From Parcubacteria group bacterium LiPW_15 (lineage in GTDB: Bacteria > Patescibacteriota > Minisyncoccia > UBA6257 > 2-01-FULL-56-20): a DNA stretch of 64,000 nt. The DNA lies in NCBI GenBank assembly GCA_007375645.1, contig VMER01000001.1:5139-69138 (forward strand), in the 5' to 3' direction. The notes beneath the pieces were generated by a model. The model worked only from the letters and a program-made list of their open reading frames with translations. It did no database searches and was not told the origin of the DNA. Both the position numbers and the translations under genes were made by a program. Shown piece by piece: positions 8,748-18,949 of the stretch. Positions within the stretch are counted from its first letter, which is position 1. Each line of letters starts with the position of its first letter.

Positions 8748-9970
8748 ATATCGGAACTGCCACGACGAAGGTCGCGGTCGCTGAACTTAGAAACGGTAAA
8801 ATAATTTTACGGGAATTATATAAAGAACCGACCGCCGGATTGCGGCACGGAGCGGTTTGCGATCTCGCAGAAGCGGTTCCAGCCGTGAGTCGGGCGCTCG
8901 AACGTTCTAAAAAGCTGGGGAGAGGCGTGCTGCGAAAAGTTTTTGCGAATGTCGGCACTCCGCAGATAAAAGTTCAGCACTCGAAAGGAATCGTGGCTGT
9001 TTCGCGGGCGGATAACGAAATATATCAGGACGACATAGATCGCGCGATCAAGGCGAGTGAGGCGGTGAATCTATCGCCGAATCGCATAATTATACACAAC
9101 ATTACGAGAGAATATATCGTGGACGGCGTGCCCGATATCGCCAATCCCTTAGGCCTTTCCGGTTCGCGCTTGGAAGTGGGGAGCGTCATCATTGATGCTT
9201 TCGCTCCGCACGTCAAAAGCGTAATGCGGGCCATAGAGCTTTCGGGCGGAGAGATCGGCGCTTTGATTTTTAATCCGCTCGCGGACGCGGCTTCATCTCT
9301 GAGTAAGAATCAAAAAGAATTGGGCGTGGCTATCGTGGATATCGGATTCGGAACAACGAGTCTCGCGGTTTATGAGGAAAATAAACTTACCGGAGTCCAG
9401 ATATTTCCGGTCGGTGCCGGCAATATTACGAATGATCTGGCCGTCGGTTTGCGGATTTCGGTGGCCGCCGCGGAAAATCTGAAACTTCAATATGGTTACG
9501 CCATTGCGAGCGAAGTCGGAAGCAAGGAGATCGTGGAACTCAAGAAATTCATACCTGAGGCCAAGAACACCGTGTCTCGCCGCTTCGTTTCGGAGATCAT
9601 AGAATCGCGCCTTGCGGAAATCCTGGAGTTCGTAAATAATGAGCTCAAACTAATGGGGAAAGCGGGACGTCTGGCCGGCGGAGTGGTCTTTGTCGGCGGA
9701 GGTTCAAAAATGCCCGGACTTACCGAATTAGCCAAGCAAGAGTTGAAATTGTCAAGCCAAATAGGATTCGCGAACGGGATCGGCAAGTGGGCGAAAGAGG
9801 GCGAAATGTCCATGGACGAATACTTGGAAGATCCGGAGTTCACCACGACGCTGGGACTCCTTCTTGAAGGCATACGGCAAGAGGGGTGGGAGCCGAGTGA
9901 AAAAGAATCGCTTTCGACAATTTTTTCTTCCAAAGGGTTAAAGGGTATCTTCCGCTCCTTCCTTCCCTGA
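8720..9970 (+). CDS. ftsA: Cell division protein FtsA
   Basis: Actin-like ATPase. IVGLDIGTATTKVAVAE N-terminus, conserved phosphate blocks. Placed directly upstream of ftsZ. Confidence 0.9.
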   Translation: MASRFIVGLDIGTATTKVAVAELRNGKIILRELYKEPTAGLRHGAVCDLAEAVPAVSRALERSKKLGRGVLRKVFANVGTPQIKVQHSKGIVAVSRADNEIYQDDIDRAIKASEAVNLSPNRIIIHNITREYIVDGVPDIANPLGLSGSRLEVGSVIIDAFAPHVKSVMRAIELSGGEIGALIFNPLADAASSLSKNQKELGVAIVDIGFGTTSLAVYEENKLTGVQIFPVGAGNITNDLAVGLRISVAAAENLKLQYGYAIASEVGSKEIVELKKFIPEAKNTVSRRFVSEIIESRLAEILEFVNNELKLMGKAGRLAGGVVFVGGGSKMPGLTELAKQELKLSSQIGFANGIGKWAKEGEMSMDEYLEDPEFTTTLGLLLEGIRQEGWEPSEKESLSTIFSSKGLKGIFRSFLP

Positions 9971-9989
9971 GGTCTCTTACAAATAAAAA

Positions 9990-11207
9990 ATGGCAAAAAA
10001 AAGAAAGATACAAAGAACGGCTCGTAAAGAGACCGTGTCCCGGGAGCCTATCGCCAATATTAAAGTTGTCGGTATTGGAGGTGGAGGCGGCAATGCCGCG
10101 TCCCGCATGAGCCGTAATTTTATTCGCGGCGTTGAGTTTATTGCCATTAATACCGATCATCAGGACCTGGATCACTCTGAGGTTAGAAAAAAAATATATA
10201 TCGGCAAAAATCTGACGAGAGGCTTGGGTTCCGGCATGAATCCGGATCTCGGACGCCAAGCGGCTGAGGAGAATCGTTCCGAGATCGCAGAAACTCTTAA
10301 AGGGGCGGATATTGTGTTTCTGACCGCCGGCTTCGGCGGGGGAACGGGCACCGGTGCTACTCCGATAGTGGCCGAAGTGGCCAAGCAGAACGGGGCGCTT
10401 ACTGTTGCGGTTGTGACTAAGCCGTTCGCGTTCGAGGGTTCTCAGCGCGCAAAGATCGCTTTGGAAGGATTGGCTAAGTTAAAAGATAAAGTGGACGCGC
10501 TTATTGTGGTTCCGAACGACAGGATATTTTCAATAATCAGCAAGGACACGCCGGTACTTAAAGCCTTTGAGGCGATTGATGAAGTTTTGAGAAACGCCCT
10601 CCATGGGATAGTTGAGCTCATCATTACTCCGGGAATAATCAATGTGGATTTCGCGGACGTCAAAGCCATTATGCAGGATGCCGGTTCCGCCATAGTCGGA
10701 GTTTCTTTGGCTTCCGGACAGGATCGCGCGGTCAAAGCCGTTAACGAGGCCTTACGTTCGCCGCTCTTAGAAGTCACGGCCGAGGGTGCGAAAGGAGTGA
10801 TCCTCGGCATTTCCGGAAGCCGAGATCTTAAAATGGCAGAAATAAATGAAGCCGCGAAATTGGTTGCCCAAGCTGCGGATCCGGCGGCCAGAATAATTTT
10901 CGGCGCATATCATGATCGGAGTCTCAAAGACAATCAGATCAAGATAACTCTGATCGCGGCCGGATTTAATGGAGCTTCCGCCGCCAATTCTCTTTTCGGG
11001 GCTGCGGCGCTCTCTGCCGACAAGCAATTTTTCTCCCCGAAATTCGAGAAATTCGAAAAACCTTCCGACTCCCCATTTGCTCCGAAAGAAAATCCACAGC
11101 CTGCGCTGAATTTGAATAAAAATCCGTTGCCGGAAACCAAGAAACCGGAAAAACAGGAAGACGATGTTTGGGATATCCCGACCTTTCTTCGTAAACGGAA
11201 AAAATAA
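9990..11207 (+). CDS. ftsZ: Cell division protein FtsZ
   Basis: Tubulin signature GGGTGTG (FLTAGFGGGTGTGATPIVAEVAK), T7 loop, C-terminal linker and tail. Confidence 0.95.
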   Translation: MAKKRKIQRTARKETVSREPIANIKVVGIGGGGGNAASRMSRNFIRGVEFIAINTDHQDLDHSEVRKKIYIGKNLTRGLGSGMNPDLGRQAAEENRSEIAETLKGADIVFLTAGFGGGTGTGATPIVAEVAKQNGALTVAVVTKPFAFEGSQRAKIALEGLAKLKDKVDALIVVPNDRIFSIISKDTPVLKAFEAIDEVLRNALHGIVELIITPGIINVDFADVKAIMQDAGSAIVGVSLASGQDRAVKAVNEALRSPLLEVTAEGAKGVILGISGSRDLKMAEINEAAKLVAQAADPAARIIFGAYHDRSLKDNQIKITLIAAGFNGASAANSLFGAAALSADKQFFSPKFEKFEKPSDSPFAPKENPQPALNLNKNPLPETKKPEKQEDDVWDIPTFLRKRKK

Positions 11208-11221
11208 AAAGAAATAAATAA

Positions 11222-11248
11222 GCCCTCCGGCATTCGCCGGGGGGCTTT
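11222..11248. terminator. Bidirectional intrinsic terminator between ftsZ and the convergent ORF
   Basis: 10-bp GC stem gccctccggc/gccgggggggc followed by a T-rich tract on the + strand and an A-run before it. Confidence 0.5.
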
Positions 11249-11257
11249 CGGTTCGGT

Positions 11258-11932
11258 TCAACAGTCTCTGAGTTCTTTCGCCCGACGCTTGATCTCTTCA
11301 ATGATCCGGAGCGCCTCGTCTCTCGGGGTAAGTCTTGGCGGTACCACGATTCCCGGGAAACGCAGCGGAGGAATTCCGGGCCAATCCCTTCTTATCAGCG
11401 CGGCAAACCCGTTACGAAGAAAGACAATTCCGGTTGCGCCACAGGAGAAGAGTTGCCCGTTCCGGTCCGCCTGGTGGTAGCTGGAAATCAGGCGGGAGTT
11501 TCGGCTGAGTTCTTTGAGAAGAGGGCCAGGCCTCTTCCGAGCCGACCTAGGCCTATCGATTCCCCAGTTCGGTGCGCAAGACTTCAGTTCATGGAATTTC
11601 TCTGCGTGTTTGCGAACAACTTCTTCGAACTCGTTCGCAAGCATTTCCACATTGGTTCTTCCGGTTACCGCAGTTGCGTAGATGTAGGGACATTTTCGAA
11701 AGTGCGTAGGCAGAGCATTGGGATGGGTCTTGATCTGAATCGGGAAGAATAGTCCATTCCGGAGAAACAGCGCGAGATCTATCCTGATCAAATCCAGCTC
11801 GCTACCTCTCTTCGGATGGAAAACATCCGCGATCATCGGCCATCTAGCCATGAGCATTTTCACGGCCATCATTCCCTTGTTTTCAGTGACCTCGCAGATG
11901 AATTCACACCAGGGAAGCCTCTTGTCGTTCAC
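11258..11932 (-). CDS. Hypothetical protein, GC-elevated orphan
   Basis: 224 aa ORF convergent on ftsZ, about 56% GC versus about 50% flanks. No confident family. Has an R-x6-H segment (VRKHAEKFH) and an acidic/hydrophobic core (ELDLIRIDLALF). Confidence 0.45.
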   Translation of the reverse strand: MNDKRLPWCEFICEVTENKGMMAVKMLMARWPMIADVFHPKRGSELDLIRIDLALFLRNGLFFPIQIKTHPNALPTHFRKCPYIYATAVTGRTNVEMLANEFEEVVRKHAEKFHELKSCAPNWGIDRPRSARKRPGPLLKELSRNSRLISSYHQADRNGQLFSCGATGIVFLRNGFAALIRRDWPGIPPLRFPGIVVPPRLTPRDEALRIIEEIKRRAKELRDC

Positions 11933-12016
11933 GTGGGCCTCCTTTCGACGATTTACAAGCGTATCTACCGGGATTCTATATCCCGGACTGTTGCTTTTGC
12001 AAGTCGGATTGATTAA

Positions 12017-13078
12017 CTAATCTTCCACTTCTTCCGTTATCGGCTTTTCGAGAGCCATGGGTTCTATGCCCATTTTTTCGCCGCTTATTTTATAAACATC
12101 TTTGTCTATCTTTCCGAGCTCCTTGTGCGCGCGGTTAAAAGCATTAACCGTGGTTCCCAAGTTATCACCGAGTTTGTTCATATAGGTGTCGTAAGCGCTC
12201 AAGTGTTTCCCGAGTTGATAAACTTGGGATTGTATTTCCTTCGCCGACTCCTCGATCTTTAGGGCGCGCAAACCCTGCATCACGGTTTGAAGATAGGCGA
12301 AGAAAGTGGTGGGGGAGACAACCATAACTTTTTTCTTGTTTGCATATTCTATTAAATTTTCGGTGTTGCTCTTAATGACTCCTACTTTGTTTATCAAAAG
12401 ATCGTAGTAAACACCTTCCGAAGGGATGAACATGAAGGCAAAGTCCAGTGTTCCTTCCTGCGGTCTTATGTATTTGGAGGTTTCGTCTATCCGGATCTTT
12501 AAGTCATTGGCAAAAGCTACCTCATAGCGGTCTCGGTCTTCTTTTGTTTGAGCCTCAAGTATGCGATTGTAATTTTCCAAACTGAATTTGGAGTCTATCG
12601 GGATTATTCCTTCTTTCCCGCCTGCTTTGGTAAAGATGACCGCGTCCACAATTTCCCCATTGCTGAATGGATATTGGAGTTTAAACACTTCCGGTGGCAA
12701 GACATTTTTTAAAACTGTTTCCAAATAATATTCGCCCAAAACTCCGCGCTGTTTAGGATTCTTTAAAATGTCTTGAAGGCTTCGCAATTGTTCGCCGACC
12801 CCGGATATCTGCTTTTGGGACTCTCCGACTTTGGTGAGCTCCTTGGTTATCTCCTGGATTATCCTGCGGCTCTCCGAGAGGTCGCTATGCATGACTCTGG
12901 TAGACTCCCCAAGTTTTGTGTCCAAGGCTTTGGTAAGCTCGTTTATTTGGTTTTGGAGAAGCAGCATAGACTGGTTGTCCTGCGCCTCCGGTTTTTTACC
13001 AGTCAGTTTAAAAATAGCAAAAGCCGCGACCGCAAGGGCCACGATAGTTATGGCAAGGAGGGGAATGACTATTTCCAT
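12017..13078 (-). CDS. rmuC: DNA recombination protein RmuC
   Basis: N-terminal TM, long coiled-coil region and a C-terminal RmuC-like domain. Overall architecture matches RmuC. Confidence 0.7.
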   Translation of the reverse strand: MEIVIPLLAITIVALAVAAFAIFKLTGKKPEAQDNQSMLLLQNQINELTKALDTKLGESTRVMHSDLSESRRIIQEITKELTKVGESQKQISGVGEQLRSLQDILKNPKQRGVLGEYYLETVLKNVLPPEVFKLQYPFSNGEIVDAVIFTKAGGKEGIIPIDSKFSLENYNRILEAQTKEDRDRYEVAFANDLKIRIDETSKYIRPQEGTLDFAFMFIPSEGVYYDLLINKVGVIKSNTENLIEYANKKKVMVVSPTTFFAYLQTVMQGLRALKIEESAKEIQSQVYQLGKHLSAYDTYMNKLGDNLGTTVNAFNRAHKELGKIDKDVYKISGEKMGIEPMALEKPITEEVED

Positions 13079-13184
13079 GTAACTATTATACAGCGGGTTT
13101 TGATTTTAGTCCCCGTGGTCGGGTAAGATAGATATACCCTAATACTAAAAGGTGGCGGGCCTGCCCGCCGAAGCTTCAGCGTAG

Positions 13185-13255
13185 GCGGGTATGGTTCAGT
13201 GGTAGAACGAGACCTTCCCAAGGTTTAAACACGGGTTCGATTCCCGTTACCCGCT
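13185..13255 (+). tRNA. tRNA-Gly (anticodon CCC)
   Basis: Manual cloverleaf: acceptor GCGGGTA/TACCCGC, D-arm GTTC-AGTGGTA-GAAC, anticodon stem AGACC/GGTTT with loop TTCCCAA, T-arm ACGGG-TTCGATT-CCCGT. Confidence 0.85.
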
Positions 13256-13261
13256 CAAAAT

Positions 13262-14032
13262 TTATTTATTTTTTACGAGTAAGCTTATTGCAAAAACCGC
13301 CGTGGCAACACAGACGATTACCGGACCAAGTTCCAGTTGATAGCGGAAAGCGATAAGCCAGCCGGCTACAACCGAGAAAACTCCGAAAAGCGCGGATAGC
13401 GAAAGGAAGGAGCCGAGGGTCGTGCTAATCTGCCTCGAGGCGGCGGCGGGGGCGATGATAAGAGCGCCTACCAGCACGGTGCCCAAAAATTGCAGTCCCA
13501 GGAAAAGCATAAGGGCGAAGAGCAAAAAATACATAAGGTTGGTTATGCTGACATTGACGCCCGTGGAGGCCGCAAGTTCCGGAGAAAAAATACTGAGGAT
13601 TAATCTGTTCCTGAAAATAAATAACACAACTCCCGCAAAAACAATAAGTCCCAAGATGGCGAGGAAAGAGTTGAGATCGGTGGAGGGGAAAGTTCCAAAA
13701 AGCGTGTCCAAGATATCTTCGCGTGGAGTAAGGAGGACGCCGAGCGCAATCGCGCCCGTAAAGGCGACTCCGATAGCTGTGTCTGTGGCGAGCGAACTTC
13801 TTTTTTCAAGCTGCCAGATAAAAAGCGTGCCGAGGATCAATGTCGCCGCGGCGCCATAAAGCGGATTTATTTTTAAGAGAAGCGCGATGCCGATGCCGGG
13901 GAGGGCGATGTGGGACATAACGTCTCCAGCCAAACTCATTTTTTTCATTATCGCGAAACCGCCGACCACTCCGGCCAGCGCCGCTACGCCCGCGGCGAGT
14001 ATGAGCGAGTAAATATCAAAATTAAGTTCCAT
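13262..14032 (-). CDS. znuB: Metal (Zn/Mn) ABC transporter permease, ABC-3 family
   Basis: 8-TM ABC-3 permease pattern (DVMSHIALPGIGIAL...). Overlaps znuC in operon fashion. Confidence 0.8.
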   Translation of the reverse strand: MELNFDIYSLILAAGVAALAGVVGGFAIMKKMSLAGDVMSHIALPGIGIALLLKINPLYGAAATLILGTLFIWQLEKRSSLATDTAIGVAFTGAIALGVLLTPREDILDTLFGTFPSTDLNSFLAILGLIVFAGVVLFIFRNRLILSIFSPELAASTGVNVSITNLMYFLLFALMLFLGLQFLGTVLVGALIIAPAAASRQISTTLGSFLSLSALFGVFSVVAGWLIAFRYQLELGPVIVCVATAVFAISLLVKNK

Positions 14033-14747
14033 GTTCGTGTTGATGGGCTTCTTCGTGCAGGTGGTGATAAAGTCCGTGCGGAGTTCCGTATAATTCTCCC
14101 AACATTTTGGGGGTCAAGACTTCGCGCGGTTCGCCGAAGCAAAGCCCTTGTTTATTTAGGCAGAGCACCTGGGTTGCATACTTATAAACAAAAGTGAGGT
14201 CGTGAGAAACGATTATGGGCGTTACGTCCATATCGTCTTGGAGTCGGTGAATGAGTTCGTAAGTCTGTTCTTCGCCGGGCATATCCATGCTCGCGGTCGG
14301 TTCATCGAAAAGTATTACATTCGGATGTCCCAAAAGAGCGAAGGCCACAAGGGCTCTCTGCATCTGTCCGCTCGAAAGGTGGCCGATGGCGGTGTGGATG
14401 ATGCGCTCCTCAAGATGAACTCGGTCGATTACATCAATTACGTCTTTTTCGCTGAGTCCTAAAATTGAAGCCTTGGCGGCCAATAGATTTTTCACATTCA
14501 TCGGCACTTTTCTATCCAGGTCCACTTTTTGCGGAACATAGGCGATCTTAGCGGATTTTGCCCAGGTTATTTTCCCGGAGTAGGGGACCAAATTCAAAAG
14601 GGTTCGAAGAAGCACGGTCTTGCCAGAACCGTTCGGGCCGATAACCGCCAAAGATTCACCTTTTTTGAGCTCAAAACTTACGGAATCCAAAACCGGTTCA
14701 TCGCCGAATTCAACGGTCAGATCTTTGACCTTCAAAATATTCGTCAT
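14022..14747 (-). CDS. znuC: Metal ABC transporter ATP-binding protein with His-rich tail
   Basis: Walker A GPNGSGKT, signature LSSGQMQR, Walker B ILFDEP, C-terminal HHLHEEAHQHEHGT. Start taken at the MTNILKV methionine. Confidence 0.85.
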   Translation of the reverse strand: MTNILKVKDLTVEFGDEPVLDSVSFELKKGESLAVIGPNGSGKTVLLRTLLNLVPYSGKITWAKSAKIAYVPQKVDLDRKVPMNVKNLLAAKASILGLSEKDVIDVIDRVHLEERIIHTAIGHLSSGQMQRALVAFALLGHPNVILFDEPTASMDMPGEEQTYELIHRLQDDMDVTPIIVSHDLTFVYKYATQVLCLNKQGLCFGEPREVLTPKMLGELYGTPHGLYHHLHEEAHQHEHGT

Positions 14748-14793
14748 CTCTACTAATAATAGCAGATTTGTCCACAAGATTATTTAGAGTAGA

Positions 14794-15573
14794 ATGGAGC
14801 CAATGGAAGGGTCTGAAAAAACTCAGGAAATAGTCCGCGCTTGCGGTCCGTTGCCGGGGCGGTTCGCGGTTTTTGATTTTGATAACAGTTGCATTGTAAA
14901 CGATATCCAAGAGGCGACTTTGGCCTATTTGTGCAAAAACTCACTTTTGAAAAACGAGCATCTGGTCCAAGTGCCATTCAATGATAAGGAGGGGTATAGC
15001 CGCGAAGTATTTTTGAGTTATGACAAACTCTTGGAGGAGGGAAAGATGAAAGAAGCCTATGTTTATGCCGTGCGGACAATGGCGGGTTTTGCTAAAGAGG
15101 AAATAAGCAAACTCGTTTCGGATGTAATTTTATCGGAAGGGGAAAACCTGGAGACTCAAAATATATTCGGAATTGATGCCGCCAAAGGACTTTCCGTAAG
15201 ACCGCAGGTTAAGATGCTCATGGAGGCGCTTATCTCGGCCGGTTGCTCTGTTTATGTAGTGACCGCTTCTTCCGAAGAGGTAGTGCGTTCCGCCTTAAAA
15301 ATCTGGGGTTTTCCGGATGTAGTCTGTCTTGGCGTTAGGAACGCAGAAGATAACGGGGTGTTCGCTGACGCAATAGAAGAGCCCACTCCAATAATTGAGG
15401 GGAAGGTGGACTGCATCAAAAAATTTATTTCCGCGGATAAGAAGCCCGTACTCGGGGTTGGCGACAGCATGAATGATCTCCCGATGTTGGAATATTCGGA
15501 AATCAAAGTCGTAGTGGGCCGGGAAAATGCTTTGGCAAAAAAAGCCAAAGAGAACGGCTGGTATTTAATTTAA
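14794..15573 (+). CDS. HAD superfamily hydrolase
   Basis: Motif I FDFDNSCIVND and motif IV GVGDSMNDLPML. Confidence 0.65.
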   Translation: MEPMEGSEKTQEIVRACGPLPGRFAVFDFDNSCIVNDIQEATLAYLCKNSLLKNEHLVQVPFNDKEGYSREVFLSYDKLLEEGKMKEAYVYAVRTMAGFAKEEISKLVSDVILSEGENLETQNIFGIDAAKGLSVRPQVKMLMEALISAGCSVYVVTASSEEVVRSALKIWGFPDVVCLGVRNAEDNGVFADAIEEPTPIIEGKVDCIKKFISADKKPVLGVGDSMNDLPMLEYSEIKVVVGRENALAKKAKENGWYLI

Positions 15574-15575
15574 AA

Positions 15576-17270
15576 ATGACCGACGGACCAGCGCAAACAA
15601 TTAAAGAGAAGCTGGATATCGTGGAGTTTTTGCGCGGCTATTTGCCGATGATTCCGGCTGGGAAAAACTTGAAGGCCCGGTGTCCTTTTCACAACGAGAA
15701 GACGCCGTCTTTTATGATCTCGCCCGAAAGGCAAACCTGGCATTGTTTCGGCTGCGGGTTGGGAGGGGATATTTTCGCGTTCCTAATGAAATACGAGAAT
15801 ATGGAATTCGGCGAAGCGCTCAAAGTCCTCGCGGAAAAAGCGGGCGTGGAATTAAAGAGGGCCGACCCGCGCGAATATAAAGTTTTCGGGCTTCTCTATG
15901 AGCTTCAGGATGCGGCCAAAGATTTTTGGAAAGAACAATTAAAGACCGCGAAGATAGCCAAGGATTATTTAAACGAGCGAGGACTTACGCCGGAAACGAT
16001 CGAAGAATTCGAGATAGGCTTCGCGCCGAACGACCAGGATTCGCTGGCAATGTATCTCATAAACAAAGGATATGATCCCGCGGACATTACCCGCGCGGGG
16101 CTTATCGGCAGAACCGAGAGGGGTTTGCAATACGATAGATTCCGGGGACGGATAATGTTTCCGATACACAATCACTTAGGCAAAGTCGTGGGGTTTACCG
16201 GGAGAATTTTGCCGCAACTCGATACCGGGGAGCTTGGCAAATATGTGAACAGTCCGGAGACTCCGATTTTCAATAAATCCAAACTGCTTTACGGATTTTG
16301 GAAATCCAAATCCGCCGTACGGGAAAGCGGCAAAGCGTATTTGGTTGAGGGACAAATGGATTTCTTAATGAGCTATCAGGCGGGAGTAAAAAACGCGGTG
16401 GCAACCTCCGGTACGGCGCTGACTCCCGATCACATTTTGGCGCTTAGGAAAATCGCGGAAGAATTATTGGTGAGTTTTGATAATGACGATGCGGGCTTTG
16501 CTGCCGGAGAGCGGGCGATAGATCTGGCGGAGGCCGGAGGTATGCAGGTGCGAATCGTTAGCCTTGAGGGTGTGAAGGATCCGGCCGAAGCGGCGCAAAA
16601 AGACCCGAAGATCTTGGGTGAGGCTATCGCCAAAGCCGAGCCGGCCTTTAAAGTGTTTTTTAGGCGATATTTGCCCTGGGGCAAGGTAGATCCCCTAAAT
16701 CACGCGGAACTCAAGAATTTGCGAATTCTTTTAAATAAAATAAAAAGTATTTCAAGTCCGGTAGAACGGGACTATTGGCTGAAGGATCTGGCGACCTACG
16801 CCAAGATGTCCGAATCCACACTTAAAGAAGAAATGGAAAAAGTTCAGGTGGTTCAGGCGCCGGAAAGATTCCGGGAAGAAGAGAAAATAATTCCAGAGAG
16901 AAAATATTCGCGCGGAGAAAGAATATCCAAGGACCTTTTGGGTGCGGCTTACAGCCGAGGGGATTATTCCATACTTAACGATGTGGAAGACCTTTTGGAT
17001 CCGTCCTCAAAAAAATTACTTAAAACTTTGAAGTCCGGTGCGAAGAAGGCAGCCGATCCGGAAGAAGATGCGTTCTTGAATCTGGTAATTTTGGAGGCCG
17101 CCGACGTGTCCGATGGAGAAATTGCGGATATGAAGAGCGCGCTTAAAGACGGTAGTTCGAAAACGAAACGTTTGGAACTCACGGAGCGCGTCAAAGAGGC
17201 GGAGGCGAAGGGAGATGAGGAGGCTCTAAAAAAAGCGATAGAAGAGTTAAGGTCGCTTCCTCCGGGTTAA
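15576..17270 (+). CDS. dnaG: DNA primase
   Basis: CHC2 zinc finger CPFHNEKTPSF...HCFGCG, TOPRIM region EGQMDFL, helicase-binding C-terminal region. Confidence 0.9.
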   Translation: MTDGPAQTIKEKLDIVEFLRGYLPMIPAGKNLKARCPFHNEKTPSFMISPERQTWHCFGCGLGGDIFAFLMKYENMEFGEALKVLAEKAGVELKRADPREYKVFGLLYELQDAAKDFWKEQLKTAKIAKDYLNERGLTPETIEEFEIGFAPNDQDSLAMYLINKGYDPADITRAGLIGRTERGLQYDRFRGRIMFPIHNHLGKVVGFTGRILPQLDTGELGKYVNSPETPIFNKSKLLYGFWKSKSAVRESGKAYLVEGQMDFLMSYQAGVKNAVATSGTALTPDHILALRKIAEELLVSFDNDDAGFAAGERAIDLAEAGGMQVRIVSLEGVKDPAEAAQKDPKILGEAIAKAEPAFKVFFRRYLPWGKVDPLNHAELKNLRILLNKIKSISSPVERDYWLKDLATYAKMSESTLKEEMEKVQVVQAPERFREEEKIIPERKYSRGERISKDLLGAAYSRGDYSILNDVEDLLDPSSKKLLKTLKSGAKKAADPEEDAFLNLVILEAADVSDGEIADMKSALKDGSSKTKRLELTERVKEAEAKGDEEALKKAIEELRSLPPG

Positions 17271-17300
17271 AATATTGCCAAATACGCGATTTAATATAGA

Positions 17301-18560
17301 ATGAGACCCATAATGGCCAAAAAACAAAAGAAGCATAAACAGATAAAAAAGGTTAGGAAGGCTTCGAAGAAGCCGGCAAAGAAGGCCAAAAAGCCGGCCA
17401 AAAAAGTCATCAAGAAGGGCAAGACCGTTAAGCATGTCTCAAAGCCGGCCAAGAAAGAACCTCTCACTCCGAAGAAGAAAAAAGAACTGGCGATAAACGA
17501 AGCGTCCTTGGAAGAGCTCATTACCCGGGGGAAACCTCGTGGATTTGTGACCGACAACGAACTTTTATACTACTTTCCGAGCATCGAAAAGAACGTGGAT
17601 TTTTTGGACGAGGTTTATGAAAAGCTCGAGAAGGCCAACATAAAAGTCATTGAGACGAGCGGTCTTATCGATCTTTCCATGGAAGCTCCGGCCAAAGAAG
17701 AAGATATCGGTTTGGAATCCGATCTGCCGGACGCGGTTCAGTTGTATCTTAAGGAAATCGGTAAAACCCCGCTTCTTACCAAAGACGAAGAAAGGGAATA
17801 CGCCAAGCGTTCGGAAAAGGGGGACGAAGAGGCCAGGCAGAAACTTATAAAGGCGAACCTGCGTCTCGTGGTCTCTATCGCCAAAAGATACGTGAATCGT
17901 TCTCCGAATCTTTCAATTTTAGATCTTATTCAGGAAGGGAACATCGGTCTTTCGAAAGCCGTTGAAAAATTCGATTACCGCAAAGGTTTCAAGTTTTCCA
18001 CTTATGCTACCTGGTGGATCCGCCAGGCCGTGACACGCGCACTCGCCGATCAATCCCGAACCATCCGTATTCCGGTGCACATGGTGGAGACCATCTCCAA
18101 ATATGCTCAGACCCGCCGTCAGCTTATCCAGGAACTTGGCCGCGATCCGCTCGCCGAAGAAATCGCCGCGGAAATGGGCGTGGATGTGGAAAAAGTTGAA
18201 CACATTCAAAAAATTTCCCAGGAGGTTCTTTCCATTGAACAGCCGGTTGGCGACGAAGAAGATTCCGTTCTCGCGGACTTTATTAAGGACGAACACAATG
18301 TGACTCCGGACCAGGCCGTGTCGCGCGCGCTTTTGAAAGACCTCATCAAAGAGATTCTCGTGGACCTTTCCGACAGAGAACAGAAAATACTAAATATGCG
18401 TTTCGGATTGGAAGACGGCATGCAGCACACGCTTGAAGAAGTGGGAAAAGTTTTTGGCGTGACCCGCGAACGTATTCGCCAGATCGAAGCTAAGGCGCTC
18501 GAGAAAATAAGAGAACACAGCAAGGCCAAAGCGCTTGAAGGATTTGAAGAGGGGATATAA
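17301..18560 (+). CDS. rpoD: RNA polymerase sigma-70 factor with Lys-rich N-terminal extension
   Basis: Regions 2-4 present: [52 protein letters not shown]-terminus is about 60 aa of KK/PAKK repeats. Confidence 0.9.
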   Translation: MRPIMAKKQKKHKQIKKVRKASKKPAKKAKKPAKKVIKKGKTVKHVSKPAKKEPLTPKKKKELAINEASLEELITRGKPRGFVTDNELLYYFPSIEKNVDFLDEVYEKLEKANIKVIETSGLIDLSMEAPAKEEDIGLESDLPDAVQLYLKEIGKTPLLTKDEEREYAKRSEKGDEEARQKLIKANLRLVVSIAKRYVNRSPNLSILDLIQEGNIGLSKAVEKFDYRKGFKFSTYATWWIRQAVTRALADQSRTIRIPVHMVETISKYAQTRRQLIQELGRDPLAEEIAAEMGVDVEKVEHIQKISQEVLSIEQPVGDEEDSVLADFIKDEHNVTPDQAVSRALLKDLIKEILVDLSDREQKILNMRFGLEDGMQHTLEEVGKVFGVTRERIRQIEAKALEKIREHSKAKALEGFEEGI

Positions 18561-18564
18561 ACCA

Positions 18565-18906
18565 ATGGAATTTTCCGAAAGCGAGAAAGAAAATCAGGAA
18601 GAGCTTCCGGCGACTTTGGATGTAGTGAAAATTGACGGTCGTTGGGCCCAGGTTGTCGGTTCTCGTGACGGCGACAAAAGATTTGTGATTAAGTTTTTAG
18701 ATAATGAGAAGATCGATGATGTGGATCTGGCGGAATACGATCTGACGCGGAGATTCGATATGGTGGTGTCCCGTCTGAAGGAATTTTGTGGCGAAGAGCT
18801 GCCCAAAGAACAAGCAAAAAAAGTTCACTGGGGACCGGAGCAGGTAGAAAACCCGGAACTTAGGGGTTTAGTGACCGTTTTCGGTGAGTATAAAAAACCA
18901 TCCTGA
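18565..18906 (+). CDS. Hypothetical acidic protein
   Basis: 113 aa ORF starting at MEFSESEK immediately after rpoD. No recognised motif. Confidence 0.4.
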   Translation: MEFSESEKENQEELPATLDVVKIDGRWAQVVGSRDGDKRFVIKFLDNEKIDDVDLAEYDLTRRFDMVVSRLKEFCGEELPKEQAKKVHWGPEQVENPELRGLVTVFGEYKKPS

Positions 18907-18949
18907 CTCAACGTGGTTTCGGTTGAGATTTACCGCGTGTAAATATAGA

